Notes: generated by a model not told the origin, from the sequence alone. A stretch of DNA of 64,000 nucleotides from Vermamoeba vermiformis (GCA_045837725.1 JBEWZL010000178.1:124001-188000); one strand, 5' to 3'. Shown: positions 24,862 to 40,541, counted from the first letter of the stretch. Numbers and translations: made by a program.

Positions 24862-27800
24862 TTAGATAACGAACAACTTGACGAACTCAGTGACGGGCAT
24901 GTTGCAGAAGTCTTCCAACTTGCTTCTCAAGCAGGTGTCAACGATGCGTTGAATTTGCTTTTGAGGGAAGCGAGTGGCAATGTTGTGAAGGAACTTCTTC
25001 TCGATCTCGGGGATGGCTTCTTGACGTCTGCGGCGGTGACCCAAGGGGTACTTGATCTCGATCACGTCAGTCTTGGTACCATCAGCGAACTCGACTTGAA
25101 CAGCGTTGGCAATGCTGCGCTCAGCAGGGTCCAAGTAGCTGACAGAGTAGGACTCGTCTTCGGTGACTTCCATCTTCTCTCTCAAGGCGTCAATTCTGGG
25201 GTCCTTGGCGAAGTGATCCTCGTAGTGATCAGCAGTCAAGTTGCCAAAGATGAGACCGATGGCAGTCATGTACTGCAAGCAGTGGTCACGATCAGCAGGG
25301 TTGACGAGAGGACCCTTCTTGTCGATGATGCGAATAGCAGACTTGTGAGTCTTGATGTAGACCTTCTTGACTTGGTCCAAGCGAGGAGCGACTTGAGGGT
25401 GCAACTTGATGGCACATTCGACAGCAGTTTGCGCGTGGAATTCCTAGCGCGGGTAAGTACAATAATTATAGATAGTGCAGAGCAATTAAACTTACAGCAG
25501 GGAAAGAGACCTTGAACAAAACGTTCTCCATGACGTACTCCTCGAAGGGGCGTTGGAACTTGAGGGGTTGGCCCTTGAACAAAACATCGGAGAAACCCCA
25601 CTTGGGAGCAGAGAGAGCGGTCTTGTAGCCCATCTCGCCCTTCAAGGACATCAAGGCCAAACGAACACCACGGGAAGTAGCATCACCAGCAGCCCAAGAT
25701 TTGCGAGAACCAGTGTTGGGGAAGTGTCTAGGGTTAAGTCAGTACAAGTTTTTATTTTAAAATGGAAAAAAGTATTTGCAATGTTATGTTGTTGCATAAA
25801 ATCGGAGTCAACAAGGCAAACACGCTTTGGCAGTGCGCAAACAGAAAGCAAAAAAAAAAAGAAATTGGATTCGCAGGGTTTCGATCCCCGTACCTCCCGC
25901 ATGCTAAGCGGACGTGCTACCAAGTGCACCACGAACCCGTTGGTTGATTGGCTCGAGGGGGAGCACGTGAGCAGGTCACTACAGACCACCCGAATAACAC
26001 CTTCCTGACTGGGTTCGGGGGAAAGAAGTTCCTCCCGGTGTTTGACCGATCGGTGTAGGTTTCAAATTGATACTCAATGGGTAACCACGTTCCTTAAATA
26101 GCAAGAAAAAAAAAAATTCGACCCATCAGTTTCAGGAGGTGCCAGTGGTTTCAAGCGACGAAGCGCTGATCGCCCAGAAAAGATTTACCTCTAATTCAGC
26201 AAAAAGGTAATCGACAGCAGCAGGATTTGAACCTGCGCGGGCAAGCCCAGATGATTTCTAGTCATCCTCCTTAGACCACTCGGACATGCTGTCTTGTTGA
26301 AGGAGCAGCGCGGCCCCATCATGCGCCACCAGGATGGATCGGGCAAACGCACTCGCGTCAACTTCAACAAAAAAAGTAATTGCAAGTGCCGCATCAAACA
26401 AGCCAATTGCTTCACAATAAGGAAGGCTACTACGGACAAAACAAAGCGTGCTTGGGCAAAAAAATAATAATATTTGTTTGCGCCCAGTGCCTCGCGAAGC
26501 AAGAAGAACAAACAAAACAGAGCATTGAGGAAGGGAGCGAAGGCAAAAAAAAAAATTTAATTGCTTGCACCCAGTGGGATTCGAACCCACGCGGAGTTAC
26601 CCCCATTAGAACTTGAGTCTAACGCCTTAGACCAACTCGGCCATAGGTGCTTGATGTTCCGAACCTCAAAAAAAAGCGTGTGCCGACCACTAGACTAAAC
26701 GAAATATGTTCTCTGTGTCCTTTCTCAGCCCGACAACTCAAATCTCGCGAATAAATTTGTATATAATGATGCTTACCTGTAAGTTCGCAAGCTGTGACCA
26801 TCGACCCAACATTGGCTTACGGTGTTCAAGATGGCCTCGCGATCGCCACCGAGGAGACCAGCAGAGACAGAAGCGGAGGCTAACTTGACAAGCAAGACGT
26901 GATCCAAACCAACAGCGTTGAAACTGTTTTCCAAAGCCAAACCACCCTGGTAAGAATTAGCGCGTGTAATCATCCATCCGAATCTTCAGCTACGTACTTG
27001 GATTTCGTAGGTCTTAATCAAACCGTGGAGGACGTCCTTCATAGTCAAAGGAGCCTTGCCTTCAGCGACACGTTGGTTGGAGATGTACTCGCAAACAGCA
27101 AGAATAGCACCCAAGTTGTCAGAAGGGTGACCTAGACATTTGTTAACACGAATACTCCAATAGAGGCACTACTAACCCCACTCAGCGGCCAACCAAGTGT
27201 CCTACAATGATTTGTTAGGCACGGTAAAATAACGAGGTGACATTGTTAAATGACTCACATTGAAGTCCAACCAACGGATGATAGTGCCGATGTTGAAGGC
27301 ACCCTGAACAGGATCCAAGACGAACTACATATTGCGGTCAATGCACGTTCGCAACACGCTAAGTAATCGAAAGAAAAATACCTGAGTTCCAGGGACGTGA
27401 ACTCCGTTAGGAACGACGGTGCCTTTAAAGTCATTAATACGGATATTTTTCCTTTAAAAAAATATTCAACATACCAGGGACGATGGGGCCCAAGTGCTTG
27501 GTGCACTCGGGGAATTGCAAAGCGAGCATACCACAACCTGATCACAAACAAAATATAAAATTGCAATTACACCATGACAATTATCAAATAATGTATAGAA
27601 TATTATAGAACAATTAATCATTAAATTTGTTTCGTTTGGGCATCCGAAAAAATTTCATCTAGTTTTTAACGTGAAATATTCGATTGAGTAACAGCTATTT
27701 GTCAATTTCGCTCACCTAAGGCATCGAGCAAAGTATATCTGGCGGTGCTCAAAGCTTCTTGGCTCTTGCAAGAGAAGTTTTGCACGTAGTCAGTAATTTG

Positions 27801-27889
27801 CTTGATGGGTTCGTCGTAATCCTATTGTTGCCTTAGGTGAGTCGTGCTATCTCATAATTACTAAGTTATTGTCTTACTAAGTTGGCCAT
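24862..27889 (-). CDS. prpD: 2-methylcitrate dehydratase (PrpD/MmgE); multi-exon
   Basis: [59 protein letters not shown]. Confidence 0.97.
25866..25938 (-). tRNA. trnA-AGC: tRNA-Ala(AGC), inside the prpD intron
   Basis: Acceptor GGGTTCG/CGAATCC with the G3:U70 Ala identity pair; anticodon loop TTAGCAT; T-run terminator. Confidence 0.96.
26212..26293 (-). tRNA. trnS-AGA: tRNA-Ser(AGA), inside the prpD intron
   Basis: Acceptor GACAGCA/TGCTGTC, discriminator G, anticodon arm GATGA-CTAGAAA-TCATC, long variable arm. Confidence 0.97.
26458..26750 (-). repeat. Copy 2 (inverted) of the tRNA-Leu intronic module
   Basis: About 100 nt of flank on each side of the tRNA align with copy 1. Confidence 0.95.
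26566..26650 (-). tRNA. trnL-CAA: tRNA-Leu(CAA), inside the prpD intron; identical to 23445..23529
   Basis: Same 85-nt cloverleaf on the minus strand. Confidence 0.97.
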
Positions 27890-28459
27890 TGTTGTTCGTC
27901 AAATCAAATAGATTGATGAAAGGAAATTTGGTGCGAGGCCAAAAACCAAACAGGCGAGCCTCTCGCCCAAAATTAACTGATTAAATACTAGATGATTTAA
28001 TATTGACTCAAAATATTCATTTATTTAACGCAATTAAGCATTAAATCTGTACAAAATTATTCAAAAACGGATTTCGAAAACTATTTTACATTCGCCACCA
28101 GCGCTTGCGAGTTTTAATTGGCCAATTCCTCGAGTTTTGTCCTAACTGTTCGGCTTTCATCTACGAAGTGCTTAATCTTGGCCTGAGACTTAGTAGTGAA
28201 GTCCTTGATCTGTCGATCAAATTCTGCTTTGATAAAATCTTCGACTGTAAGTCCTCGGTATTCTTGTGGAACGTCCATTTTCGAAGTTGTGGTTTGTGCG
28301 GTTTAAAATAAAGATTATCGGGATGCTAGCCAAACAACAAAAATTGTCAGGCTGTTCAAAAGAAACGGCTAGTAATTTGAGCGGGAACTCAATTTTAACC
28401 TTATTTTACTTATGACACAATTAGACAACACATTGGACGCATGCTGATCGTCTCGGAAC

Positions 28460-30457
<1,998 letters not shown>

Positions 30458-30640
30458 TTTTGGACTAATGGTATGTATTGCCTCTATAAATCAAACACGG
30501 AGCACTGCTTGCTGGCTCCTTCCTTTCTGATGTTCGAAAAAGCGCGCAAATGAATTTGACGGTCAAACGGTTTTGGTAGGCAAAAAAGTACGAGTCTGCG
30601 CTCCTTTACTTTTTGTCAACAAATTGATACATTTGACCGC

Positions 30641-32380
30641 TTATTGGCGGAAGTTGAAGGTTTGAGCGGCGTTCACGGCACCGGCTAAGTTGAAGCTGAA
30701 AGAAGCCTTTTGGGTGTAAATGGAAACAGGGTTCAACCAAGCGACTTTAACGTGGTTCAAGAACTCTCCCTTCAAGTGATCAGCGTAGGAAGTAACGAAA
30801 GACAAGTTGTTAACCTAGGCAAGAGTTAGTAATTGCTATCTCTAGTGTAAATCTTCTGACGTACTTGGTTGTCACCGGCGAGCAAAACACCCTTGGCTTG
30901 AGTAATGACGCACAAAGTTTGAGCAACACGCATAAGGAATTTGTAGTGAATACCAAGAGCCTTCAAGGCGTTAGCATCAGGGGGTGAGGCGGTGGCACGA
31001 GCAACAACTAAAGAGCACGTTAGTTGAGGGTATCGAAGGCGATATTACGTGGCAGTGGTGCCGTAAAACAAGAGGTGGTTTCTACTTACCGTCTTGTGCC
31101 TTCAAACCTTTAGCGGTCTCAGGGTGATCCTTGACGGTCCATTCGTAGACATTCACCAAACCACGACCACTGCAGATATCTTCGAATTCAATTGTGGTCT
31201 TGCCACCATACCTAAAGCAAACTGTCAACATACGCACGTCACGTTAGTATTCACCAAATACGTACAGCTTCTTGCTGATGAACTCAATGACGTCGCGGTC
31301 TTCCTTGCTTTCGCTAGAGGCAGATCCGAGCTCGTTGACAAGAGCGTGGCCAGCTTCAAGAGGTAAGACCTAAACATTATATATGAGACTTGGGCCGATT
31401 GTACCCGTTGGTGGCGCTTACGGTGTGCTTGCTAACAGTGGAAGGAGCTTGTTGAAGAAGAGCAGTTCCGAGACCAGTACCCATGGCCAAAACAACGTCT
31501 ATATAAGAGTATTAGATCATTTATACGACTGCTGTTACGGGATGAAATTAAAATAAGCTTACAGTGGTAGGGAAGCAAAGAAAATTTATCGCCTTGTTGC
31601 TTGCTGTAAAGTTTGACGTTAGATTGACGCGGCCAAGCGCGCAATAATACGTACGTGGTGTCGTTCTGCCACAAAGGTTGGAAAAACTCGCAAAGACGTC
31701 CTTGTTGGTTGAGGGAGTTGATGCCGTAGCACGTGCTCTCCAAATCGTTAATGAAGCGAGAAGCCTTAGGAGGGAAGATATCGGGTGAAATGTGAGAAGT
31801 AGTGAGTGTTCTCTCAGCTTCAGATCCTTCGTAGTTGGTGACGGTAACCTTGGTGCGAATGAGTTTAAGACCGAGATCGATTACGACCTAATATGTGTAC
31901 CTTAGTTCCGTTGTCAGTAACGGGTCCGGCGACGGCCAAGACGGCAGCTTGGGGACGTCTGTGGAGGATTTGAATCAATTGATTGCCGACGGCCTTCAAT
32001 CCTTCGATCAAATGAGCAGTGGTGTTGGCTTGAAATTTGACAACTTGGATCAGAGCAAGAGAATCAGCCTTTGAAACGGCAACTCGTGTGTTGGTACCAC
32101 CGACATCAATGCCGACGAAGTAAATAGCCTGGTTGTTTTGATTCAGTCAATAAAATAATTTTTTTTTGGATTCGATTTTATAATCGCAAAGTTTTTCGCC
32201 TGTAAAGAAAATGTGCAATATGGTATATTACAATTTTTAAAATTGAGGTCCCGATTTTATATTGCGTTAAATTTCAAAAAGGCTGTGCGTGCCTTTGCAA
32301 TCTTCTATAAAACTTACTTCAGTGCCCCAGGCTTGCAATTGCTGGACAACCTCGTGGGTGAAGTCGTATTGAGATGACAT
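30641..32380 (-). CDS. Glucokinase (bacterial/trypanosomatid Glk-type); multi-exon
   Basis: GIDVGGTNTR, AVAGPV, INDLE, MGTGLG, PLEAGH. Confidence 0.88.
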
Positions 32381-33140
32381 AATTAATGAATTGTTGTTGA
32401 TGAAGTACTGCAGTAAAAATAGTAAACGCAAAGCGCTGATATTCATGTTTCTCCCTTCTTCCAGAACAATCGACAACCATTGTATAACAACCTAGATGAT
32501 ACTGACGCGAGTTCGTATGTAAATGCAATCAATGTACTCTATCCCGTTCTTTCCTTCGAGAAAATGACGAACAAACTGTAAATGCAATCTGGCATCTTAC
32601 GATGTATGGCGTATAAGGGGACAAATTACGCTCTAAATAATCAAAGATAATATTTTACATACGATAACAGCACTTGGCACGACCAGTAAGCCGATCCTCA
32701 CCAGATTTTGAAAATTGAATTTTTGCTCCGATCTGGGCTTTCTCTGCGTGTCTTTGTGGTTTACAAAATGAAGTTCATCGTAAGGGCATCAAAATACTGA
32801 TTATTCAAAAATTTCGGCTGTTGAGTGGATGTGATCATGCTCGCCCCTCGGCGTATTTTTGAGTTGTGTCGCTTCCTTAAACTTTTTTTATACAACGCCT
32901 TCGCAGGCAGGGGTACATGGCCGATTTTCCTTCGGTTCGCATAATTTTTTTTGCTGAGCGGTAGTGCACAACACCAAACAAGTAAGGGTACTAAACCTTC
33001 AAATTGCGTACCAAATTTTATCCGTTTAAAACCTGTTTTCCCGCGTGTTTCAGCGCTGACCTTTCGAATACCTAGGACGCTGAATGGTCCCGAAGAATCA
33101 TACAAGACCTTGAATTCGATCAGTACCAACGTAAAATGAA

Positions 33141-36100
33141 ATGAGCAATGCAAATTTTGACGATAGAGGTAAGATCTTGCATTGACCGAATCTCGATGCG
33201 AAAATAAAATCGAACTAATCGTTATAAAAATCAACAGAATTGAATTTCTTGGTACTTCACTACCTAAGGAATCGATTATCAGCAAATACAGCGTCGAATC
33301 TAGAAAGTGAGCTAAAAAATTCGAATCTGCTTCCAAAGCGGGTTGACTGGACAGGAAATGAGATAGATTTAGATTATGATGACTTGGTAAATATTATTAG
33401 TATTCTAAATAATTCAATAATCGACGAAATCAATATTTCAAGATCTTTTCGCGAACATCAATTAGAAAGAATAGCCAATTTAAGCTATTGCTCAATAATG
33501 ATTTGTAGGCACGCAAATATGCACACGTTACACCAGATCATCTACCGGTGCTTTTACAACGACTTATTGAGACGGCCCTTCCGCGACTACCTCAACCTCC
33601 AGTCGCTACATTGACAGGCCACGATATTTTTGATTTGACTAAGAACGGCGCATCGGAGTCATCGAGTAGCGCACCGAATCAAGGTTCAGCCCCATCCAAG
33701 GCAGCAGATCAAAGTGCACTTGTCCCATTAAATGAATCGTCAGACACAAAACGCAGACGGATATTAGATGCGATTGAAAGTCGATTACCAGCATTTAGAC
33801 AACGATTACCTAAGCATGTATCGTCAAATACAGCTAATGGAGCTGATGAAATTATGGATCAGTTCGAGTCAATGACACTTGAAGAGCGTGCAGCGCTTTT
33901 GAAGAGATTTTCATCGAATAGATACTTAGTGTCAAGAGTTCCTAGACAGAAGTTTAATTTATGTAAGTCTGATTTATATACAGCCCTCGCGTGTACTGAC
34001 ATCATTTGTAACTCGAAGTTAACATCGTGCAAGGACGACAGTCCACAGCTCTTGTGCCACATAGGGATTGGCCACCTCAACTAACATACTCACGATATCG
34101 ACGTGTAAGTACAATGCGCTATATACTGTTTCACCGACTAACTGTTTCGTCAGATCAAATCTGCGAAGGGACACATCATGCCCGCGTACTGCTTGATATT
34201 TGATAGAACAGGCGACAGACTATTTACGGTAAGCATGGTGTTTTGTATAGGACTCCCAACGAACTATTATTAGGGCTCGGATGATAAGCTAGTGAAGGTC
34301 TGGTCCACTTTGACCGGAGATCTGTTGCACACGCTGCGCGGTCATGCGGTACGTGTATTACGTCATTTTAAAGGCAAGCCTAACGTAACATTACTACAGG
34401 CCGATATTACGGATCTTTCCATAAATGAGGATAACACACTACTAGTGTCCAGTGGTAACGATCACGTGCTCCGGGTGTGGTCTTTGGAGGACTATCATCC
34501 GAATGCAATCCTCGTGGGTCACACAGATGCCATCTCAAACGTGTCCTTTTGCCCCAAGCCTGGCTTGAATCGCATATTGAGCATTTCTTACGACGGCACA
34601 GTGCGGTTGTGGAACACTGAAGATTTTAGTCAGCCTTCCGTCAGTTTGGAAGCAGGTGGTTCTTTATTGTGCACGTCGTGGAGTCCTGGCGGTACTTGGT
34701 TCGTGACAGGTGTATCGGACTGTACTGCTCGAATATGGTCGACTGACCCTCCAAAGCTTGTTCAAATCCTGCGTGGCCACCGAGCAGTAGTCAGTACCAT
34801 TGGATGGAGTCACACTGGCACAAAAATCATCACAGGTTCTACAGACGGCACAGCCCGCATTTGGGACTTTGATCCCAAGTACAAGTTCTGGGTCTGCAAG
34901 CACGTGCTCGTAATGAACCCCAACGAAAAGAGGACGACATCGCACTCACAAGTCACGATGGTGCAATGGAGTTTGGATGACAGATACGTCTTAACAGCTA
35001 TTCAAAACTCGGAGTTGAAAGTCTGGGACGCCAATACTGGTCAATTAGTCCACGTTCTCAAAGCACACTCCCGACAAGTCTTTGTTTTGGACGCTCATCC
35101 CACTGACCCGCGAATCATGTTGTCTGCAGGCTATGATGGCATGGTAATCCTATGGAACGTCGAGACTGGACAGCCCATCAAGATCTTCACGGAGGATGAG
35201 CACACGATGACTGATGGAGGCTTTTCATCAACTGGATCTTTTGGAATTACAGACATTGAAGGCTACTTCCACTTGTACGGCACGGGAGGTGGAGATCGTC
35301 TGAGACGTGCGCCGGTCGAGCAGTTCTTCTCCAACGACTACGCACCGTTGATGCGCGATGATCATGGTTACGTCATTGATGAGGAGCATCAAATAGCACC
35401 ACATTTGATACCCAAGAGGCCTCTGTGTGATTCATACAATAGACCGTACATCGATCAGCCACAGCCCGAGAAGATGGCTTACATCAACTCTCACAAGTAC
35501 GAGCGATCGGTGCTCGAGGAAGTAAGAAAGCAACGAGAAGCTATGGCTGAGATGGAGAACAAGCTCGCCGTTGTGCTCAGTGACAATCCAATGCCCTTCC
35601 CCGAAGAAATGCCAGCTGAGCCGGCACCAGTAAATAATAGAAGGCGAAGAGAACCAGAGAACCCATTCCAGGCAGTGCCTATTCCAGAAGATCTTTTGCA
35701 AGGGCCTCCTTCGGAATCTGAGGAGGACGAAGAAGATGACGATGCCTTTGAGGAGGCTGAGCGCGATGGCGTGCGCCGTAGCTCTCGCTTGAAAACTCAA
35801 CGAAAGCTTCGCCGAAGACTTCGCAAAAGAAGCGAACGAATTCGCACAAGAACAGACGAGGCAGGCGAAGAAGGGGAAGAAAAGTCACAGGATGGAAACA
35901 ACGAAATGGAACTTGTTGACGATTCGTACGAGTTCAGCGATGAAAGCAACGAGGATGACATGTCCATCGATTCAAACGACTCTGCTTTTGAAGACGATAC
36001 TGATACACGTGCCATCCGCCGTGAGCGTCGAGAGCGTCAGGCTGCAATAGACGCTGTTGAGAATAGAACTTCTCGTCGCACCCGCACATCAACCGTCAGT

Positions 36101-39100
36101 TTGGGCGATCGAGTGCGTAACAAGAAGCTCGAGAAGCACAAGAAAAAGCTGTCAAGTTACCCTCCTTGGTTGACTCAAACCATCCCGCACTCGTTGATTG
36201 GTTCTTACTCCCCTCAGGTACGTGTAGTGTAGACCTCCCATGATTCATTTGGCTAACAATTTGCAGCTGCGGGATCGCGTTGTGTATTTCCGTCAAGGCC
36301 ACGAGAGTTATTTGAACGAGTTCATTGAGTTCACTAACTTGGTCCCGAGTGAGGTTCCCGAAGTAGCTTATTGCACCGTTAAAGGTATGTTTATTTTCTT
36401 CATTTCAATGCTAATTGCGTTTGTAGCTATTATCTTCAAAGTTGAGCCTTTCATTCACTGTGAAATCTTGTTGGAAACTGTTATTGAGTCAGATCTGCGC
36501 GAGGAGTACCCGCTTTACAATGTCGATAAGCCAGCGGAAAACAACACGAGCACGAATAACACAAATGTTCCAACGGAGACTGGCGCGAGTAATACCAACG
36601 GTGTTGAGGCGAACAATAATAACACAAATATTATGGAGACGGAGAACGCAAACGAGAATTCCGACAGCGAGAAAAAAGCGAAGAAACAAATCACGTCGCC
36701 GATTGCTACCCGTTCTCAGCGTCATAGAAGCGATGAAGACATTGTCGAGAAGGCACGCAGATTGAGCTTGCTGGATGTTATTCGTAATATGAAGCAGAAT
36801 AACAGAATCTCGGCCTATAACAAGACTATCCCAACAAAACTCGAGTTCACCGTTCATTACCACGCCTCCGAACTGCCAGACTTCTTGATCCTTGCTAGGT
36901 AAGTTGAGAACAAGTTAGGCCTATTTATTGCACTTACTAACGGCTTATTGCAGCCGTTTTGATCAAGCGCTGAGCGTGGACTGGCAAGTCGGCAATCGCT
37001 TCCGAACATGGATGTTCTTCCAAGAGTCGGAGCAAACTAAACAGGGTTCGTGGTACGAGGGCACGATCGTTGACTTGAGTCTCAACACTTTGGTATCAAA
37101 GAAAAAAATAAGCGAAAGACGTAGAAGTCTCAGCCTCAACAACAATAATAACAACGAAGAAGAGATGAAACCTCCATCAGCTCTTATAGAACAAATGATG
37201 ATGGCGGATGCAGTGCCCGAGGGTTTAGCAGTCGAACCCAATCCCGTCCAAGAGGTTGCTGACGACACGCTCTTGCTTGACACTAAGATGGAGCCTGTAT
37301 CTAATAATGTCAATTCAAACAACGTTGATGAGAAGGCTCAGCCTGTCGAGGAGGCTGTTGTACCAGAGAAGCCGATAGAAGAAAAAGCTCAGGAAGAAGT
37401 ACCAGCCAACAACGTCACTAGTGAGCCGGTTCAAGTGCTTGAAGAGAAGCAACCCGAGCCCGAGCCAGAAAAGCCAGTACGCACATCTCCAGTGAAGATC
37501 AAGATCCGCGTGAACCCCGAATCGAATACAAACAACGCTTCAGAAAAAGAAGAAAAGGGCGAGAATGCGATGGAGCTGAGCGATCAAAACGATATCGAGC
37601 TGAGCAACCCTTGGGAAATGCTCGTAATTAAATGGTAAGGCGCATCGAACCTCTTTAATCTTTTATACTAACATCGGTACAGGGACGAAGACGATGACGA
37701 GGACGAAGAGGATCATATGAGTCCTTGGGAAGTTGAGCAGTTGGATGACAGTGGCAAGAAAGCCAGGATATTCACCATCGAATCTATCGACCCTGACATT
37801 GCACACTTGATCATACAAGAAGTTCAAGAGCGCATCTTGACAATGGACGAGGTTGATGCGTTTGTAGAGCCAGTAGATGTTGATCGTTATGACGACTATC
37901 CCGAGTCCGTCCCGTGTCCTATGGACGTATCAACAATTTGCGATCGATTGCGCAACAATTACTATCGCAGTATTGACGTAAGTTATTCAAAGAGAGTTGA
38001 AAAAGATTAGATCTAACTGATTTTTTTGTAGCAATTGAAATTCGAGATTCAAATGATCGAAGGCAACGCTGCGCTTTACAACGAAGAGAACTCTATTCTC
38101 GTGACTTACGCTAAAATTATCGTGCGCAAGTTTTTGGACATTGTTAAACACTTTGAGGAGAGTCTGTCGTCTGTGACTGCCGAGCCAATGGCCACGGAAA
38201 GTAACAACAATAACAACATCAACGTAATGGAGAGCAACACCAATGTATCAGTTCCTCGCACTGGCGGAATTTCAACCGTTCGAGTTGTGCCTAACGATGA
38301 AGCGTACGAAGAGTTGATCAACAAGCGCTCCAACAGGCGTCGAACTCGCAAGCAGCGGGCAGAGCACCCTGATGAAACTGAGCGAGAAAACAGGCGCGAG
38401 AGACGACGAGAAAGCGAGGAACAAACATTGCAGCGTGAAGAGCGTCGTACTCGTGCTGCAGCGAGCAGGCAACTGAGACAATTTGTTGAAAATGAAGAGG
38501 GCAGCGAAGGCGGTGAAGAGGTTAGTGACCGCGACATTGACTTTGACGAAGATGAGTCCATGGATGCTGAGGATGATGACATGGACGAGGACGGATACAG
38601 TGACGATGAGGACAGTCGAGGCCGTCGAAGACGCAGCCAACGAAGGTCTGACACGAGAAACAACAATAACAGACCCCGAAGATCTGGACGATCAATTGAT
38701 GATCCAGCGGTCAATCCGTATGCTCAGCGATACGGAGTGTACAGTTACAGCGGATCGAATGTTCACGGCTTCAATGATTATCGAAGTACGAGAAGTTCAT
38801 CGAGAATCCAACAAATTCACTCGGAGCGATCGACGCAGCAATCCCGCAATAGACCTGCTCCTCGCGTTCAGACCCGATCGCATGCAACATCGACCAACAA
38901 CACGATCAACAACTTCAACAACAATAATAACGAAGGTTCGCGTATAAGAACCTTGAGCGACAGAAGCACGAGATCTGCTGGTAATTCGAACAACAGCGGC
39001 AATAATAATAGAAGAATTACTGTTAGAAACTTGCGCAGTGGAAGAGTGCTGAACGAGCCTCACCATGAAGTCCAGCCATTCCCGAGCATTAGAAGAGATC

Positions 39101-40374
39101 CCACGAACCCACTTGTTCTGCGGTTCAATTCACAACGTCGTGCGGCCGCTGAAGAAGCAACGCTCGGTGTGCAGGGACGAAGAACGCGCAATTCATTGAG
39201 CGCTTCTCTTGATACGAACTTGATTAACAACAATAATTACGAAGACGATAATGAAGGAGACGAAGAGGTATGCTTAACATAGACCTAATTAGCTGTGTTG
39301 CTTTACTAACATACTGTAAAGGATGAGGCTGACGACAGCGGATCCGAGTTCGAATCTGGCGGCAGACGTGCCAGTTCAGCTAATACACGTCCCACACGAA
39401 CTTCAGCACGCCGGTCCGAAGCACACGAGGACCAAGACGATGGAGTTAGACGTAGTTCGCGCAAGAGAAAGTTGAACATAATGCTCGAATCTGAAGACTT
39501 TTTGCACGATGAGGAGAGCAGCTCAGCAAATGACCCGTCAAAGCGCCGATCTGGCCGTTTGCGCGAGAAAGAGTTCATTAAAAAGAGTGTTGAAGAGGCT
39601 TATCCGCCACAAAGACAACAACACGAAGAAGAATATCACGCGCACGTGACTACCCGAAGACGAGCTGAGAGCTTGAAAGAGAAGTCAGTGTCTGAGGCTA
39701 AAAGCGAGAGCGAAGATCAACTCAAGCCACGTGTTACAACGCGCAGACGAACTGGATCTTTCGCGGAAAAGCCTGTTGAGAGCGAGGAAGAGGAGGTCAA
39801 TGATGAGCCCGAGCACGAAGAGAAGCAAGAAGACGAAGTGAAAGAAGAGCAGAATAACGTTAATAACGTTAATGTCAATCACGTAGAGCCTTTAGAACAG
39901 CTCGATGCTCGTGAAGAGGTCGCAGCAAATGGGCCTCAAACTAGCTCAGATCCAAACGAGCTGGATCCGTCACTCGTCGAGTACTTTGCTTCACGCATTC
40001 GATTTGTGTTCCCTAGTGCTGATAAGCCTAAGAAACAAGCTGCCAATCGAAAGAGAAAACGTGACAGTGATGAAGAAGAGTACGGCGGGGAGACGAAACG
40101 AGCTCCTGCCCGATCCAACAAACGTCGAAAGATTAGCGAGGACGAAGATGATGACGATGAGGTCGATGAAGATGACGACTTTTCAGAGGGTTATGATGAA
40201 CGACCGAAGAAAAGACAACGCGCTGCTGCGGCACCAAAAAGTAATGCAAGATCTGCTCGAAGTACGAAGCGTTCAGCACCAACTCGAAGGCGAGCAGCTA
40301 GTAGATACGGCGATGATGATGACGAGGATGATGTATCTGAAGAAGAAGACTTTGATGATGATGACGATTATTGA
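33141..40374 (+). CDS. Bromodomain and WD-repeat protein (BRWD1/PHIP family); multi-exon
   Basis: N-terminal ELNFLVLHYL, WD40 repeats, EQFFSNDYAPL, VVYFRQGH, MSPWE, bromodomain (PMDVSTI...NNYYR...NAALYN), acidic/basic tail. Confidence 0.93.
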
Positions 40375-40541
40375 AAAATCGGATCAGATCTTGTACACAA
40401 AATGTAAAATAATCAATTTTTGCAGAACGCGCATTCAAAATATAAGCAAATCATTTGCATTTGCACTATGTACCTCATTTTCTATCTTCTATTTGCAGAA
40501 ACAAAACATAACGTCAGTTGGCTACCACAACGATTCAAACT

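Noticed and set aside
26105-26180. Possible HDV-like/theta or hammerhead ribozyme downstream of tRNA-Ser (CACCTCCTG, GAAACTGATG)
   Set aside because: I could not build the required helices or pseudoknot, and a T5 terminator separates it from the tRNA.
25553-26801. Short ORFs spanning the tRNA cluster (also 23489..23766)
   Set aside because: They are translations of tRNA and intron sequence.
36540-39240. AAC/AAT trinucleotide runs
   Set aside because: Ordinary poly-Asn coding low complexity in the BRWD gene.
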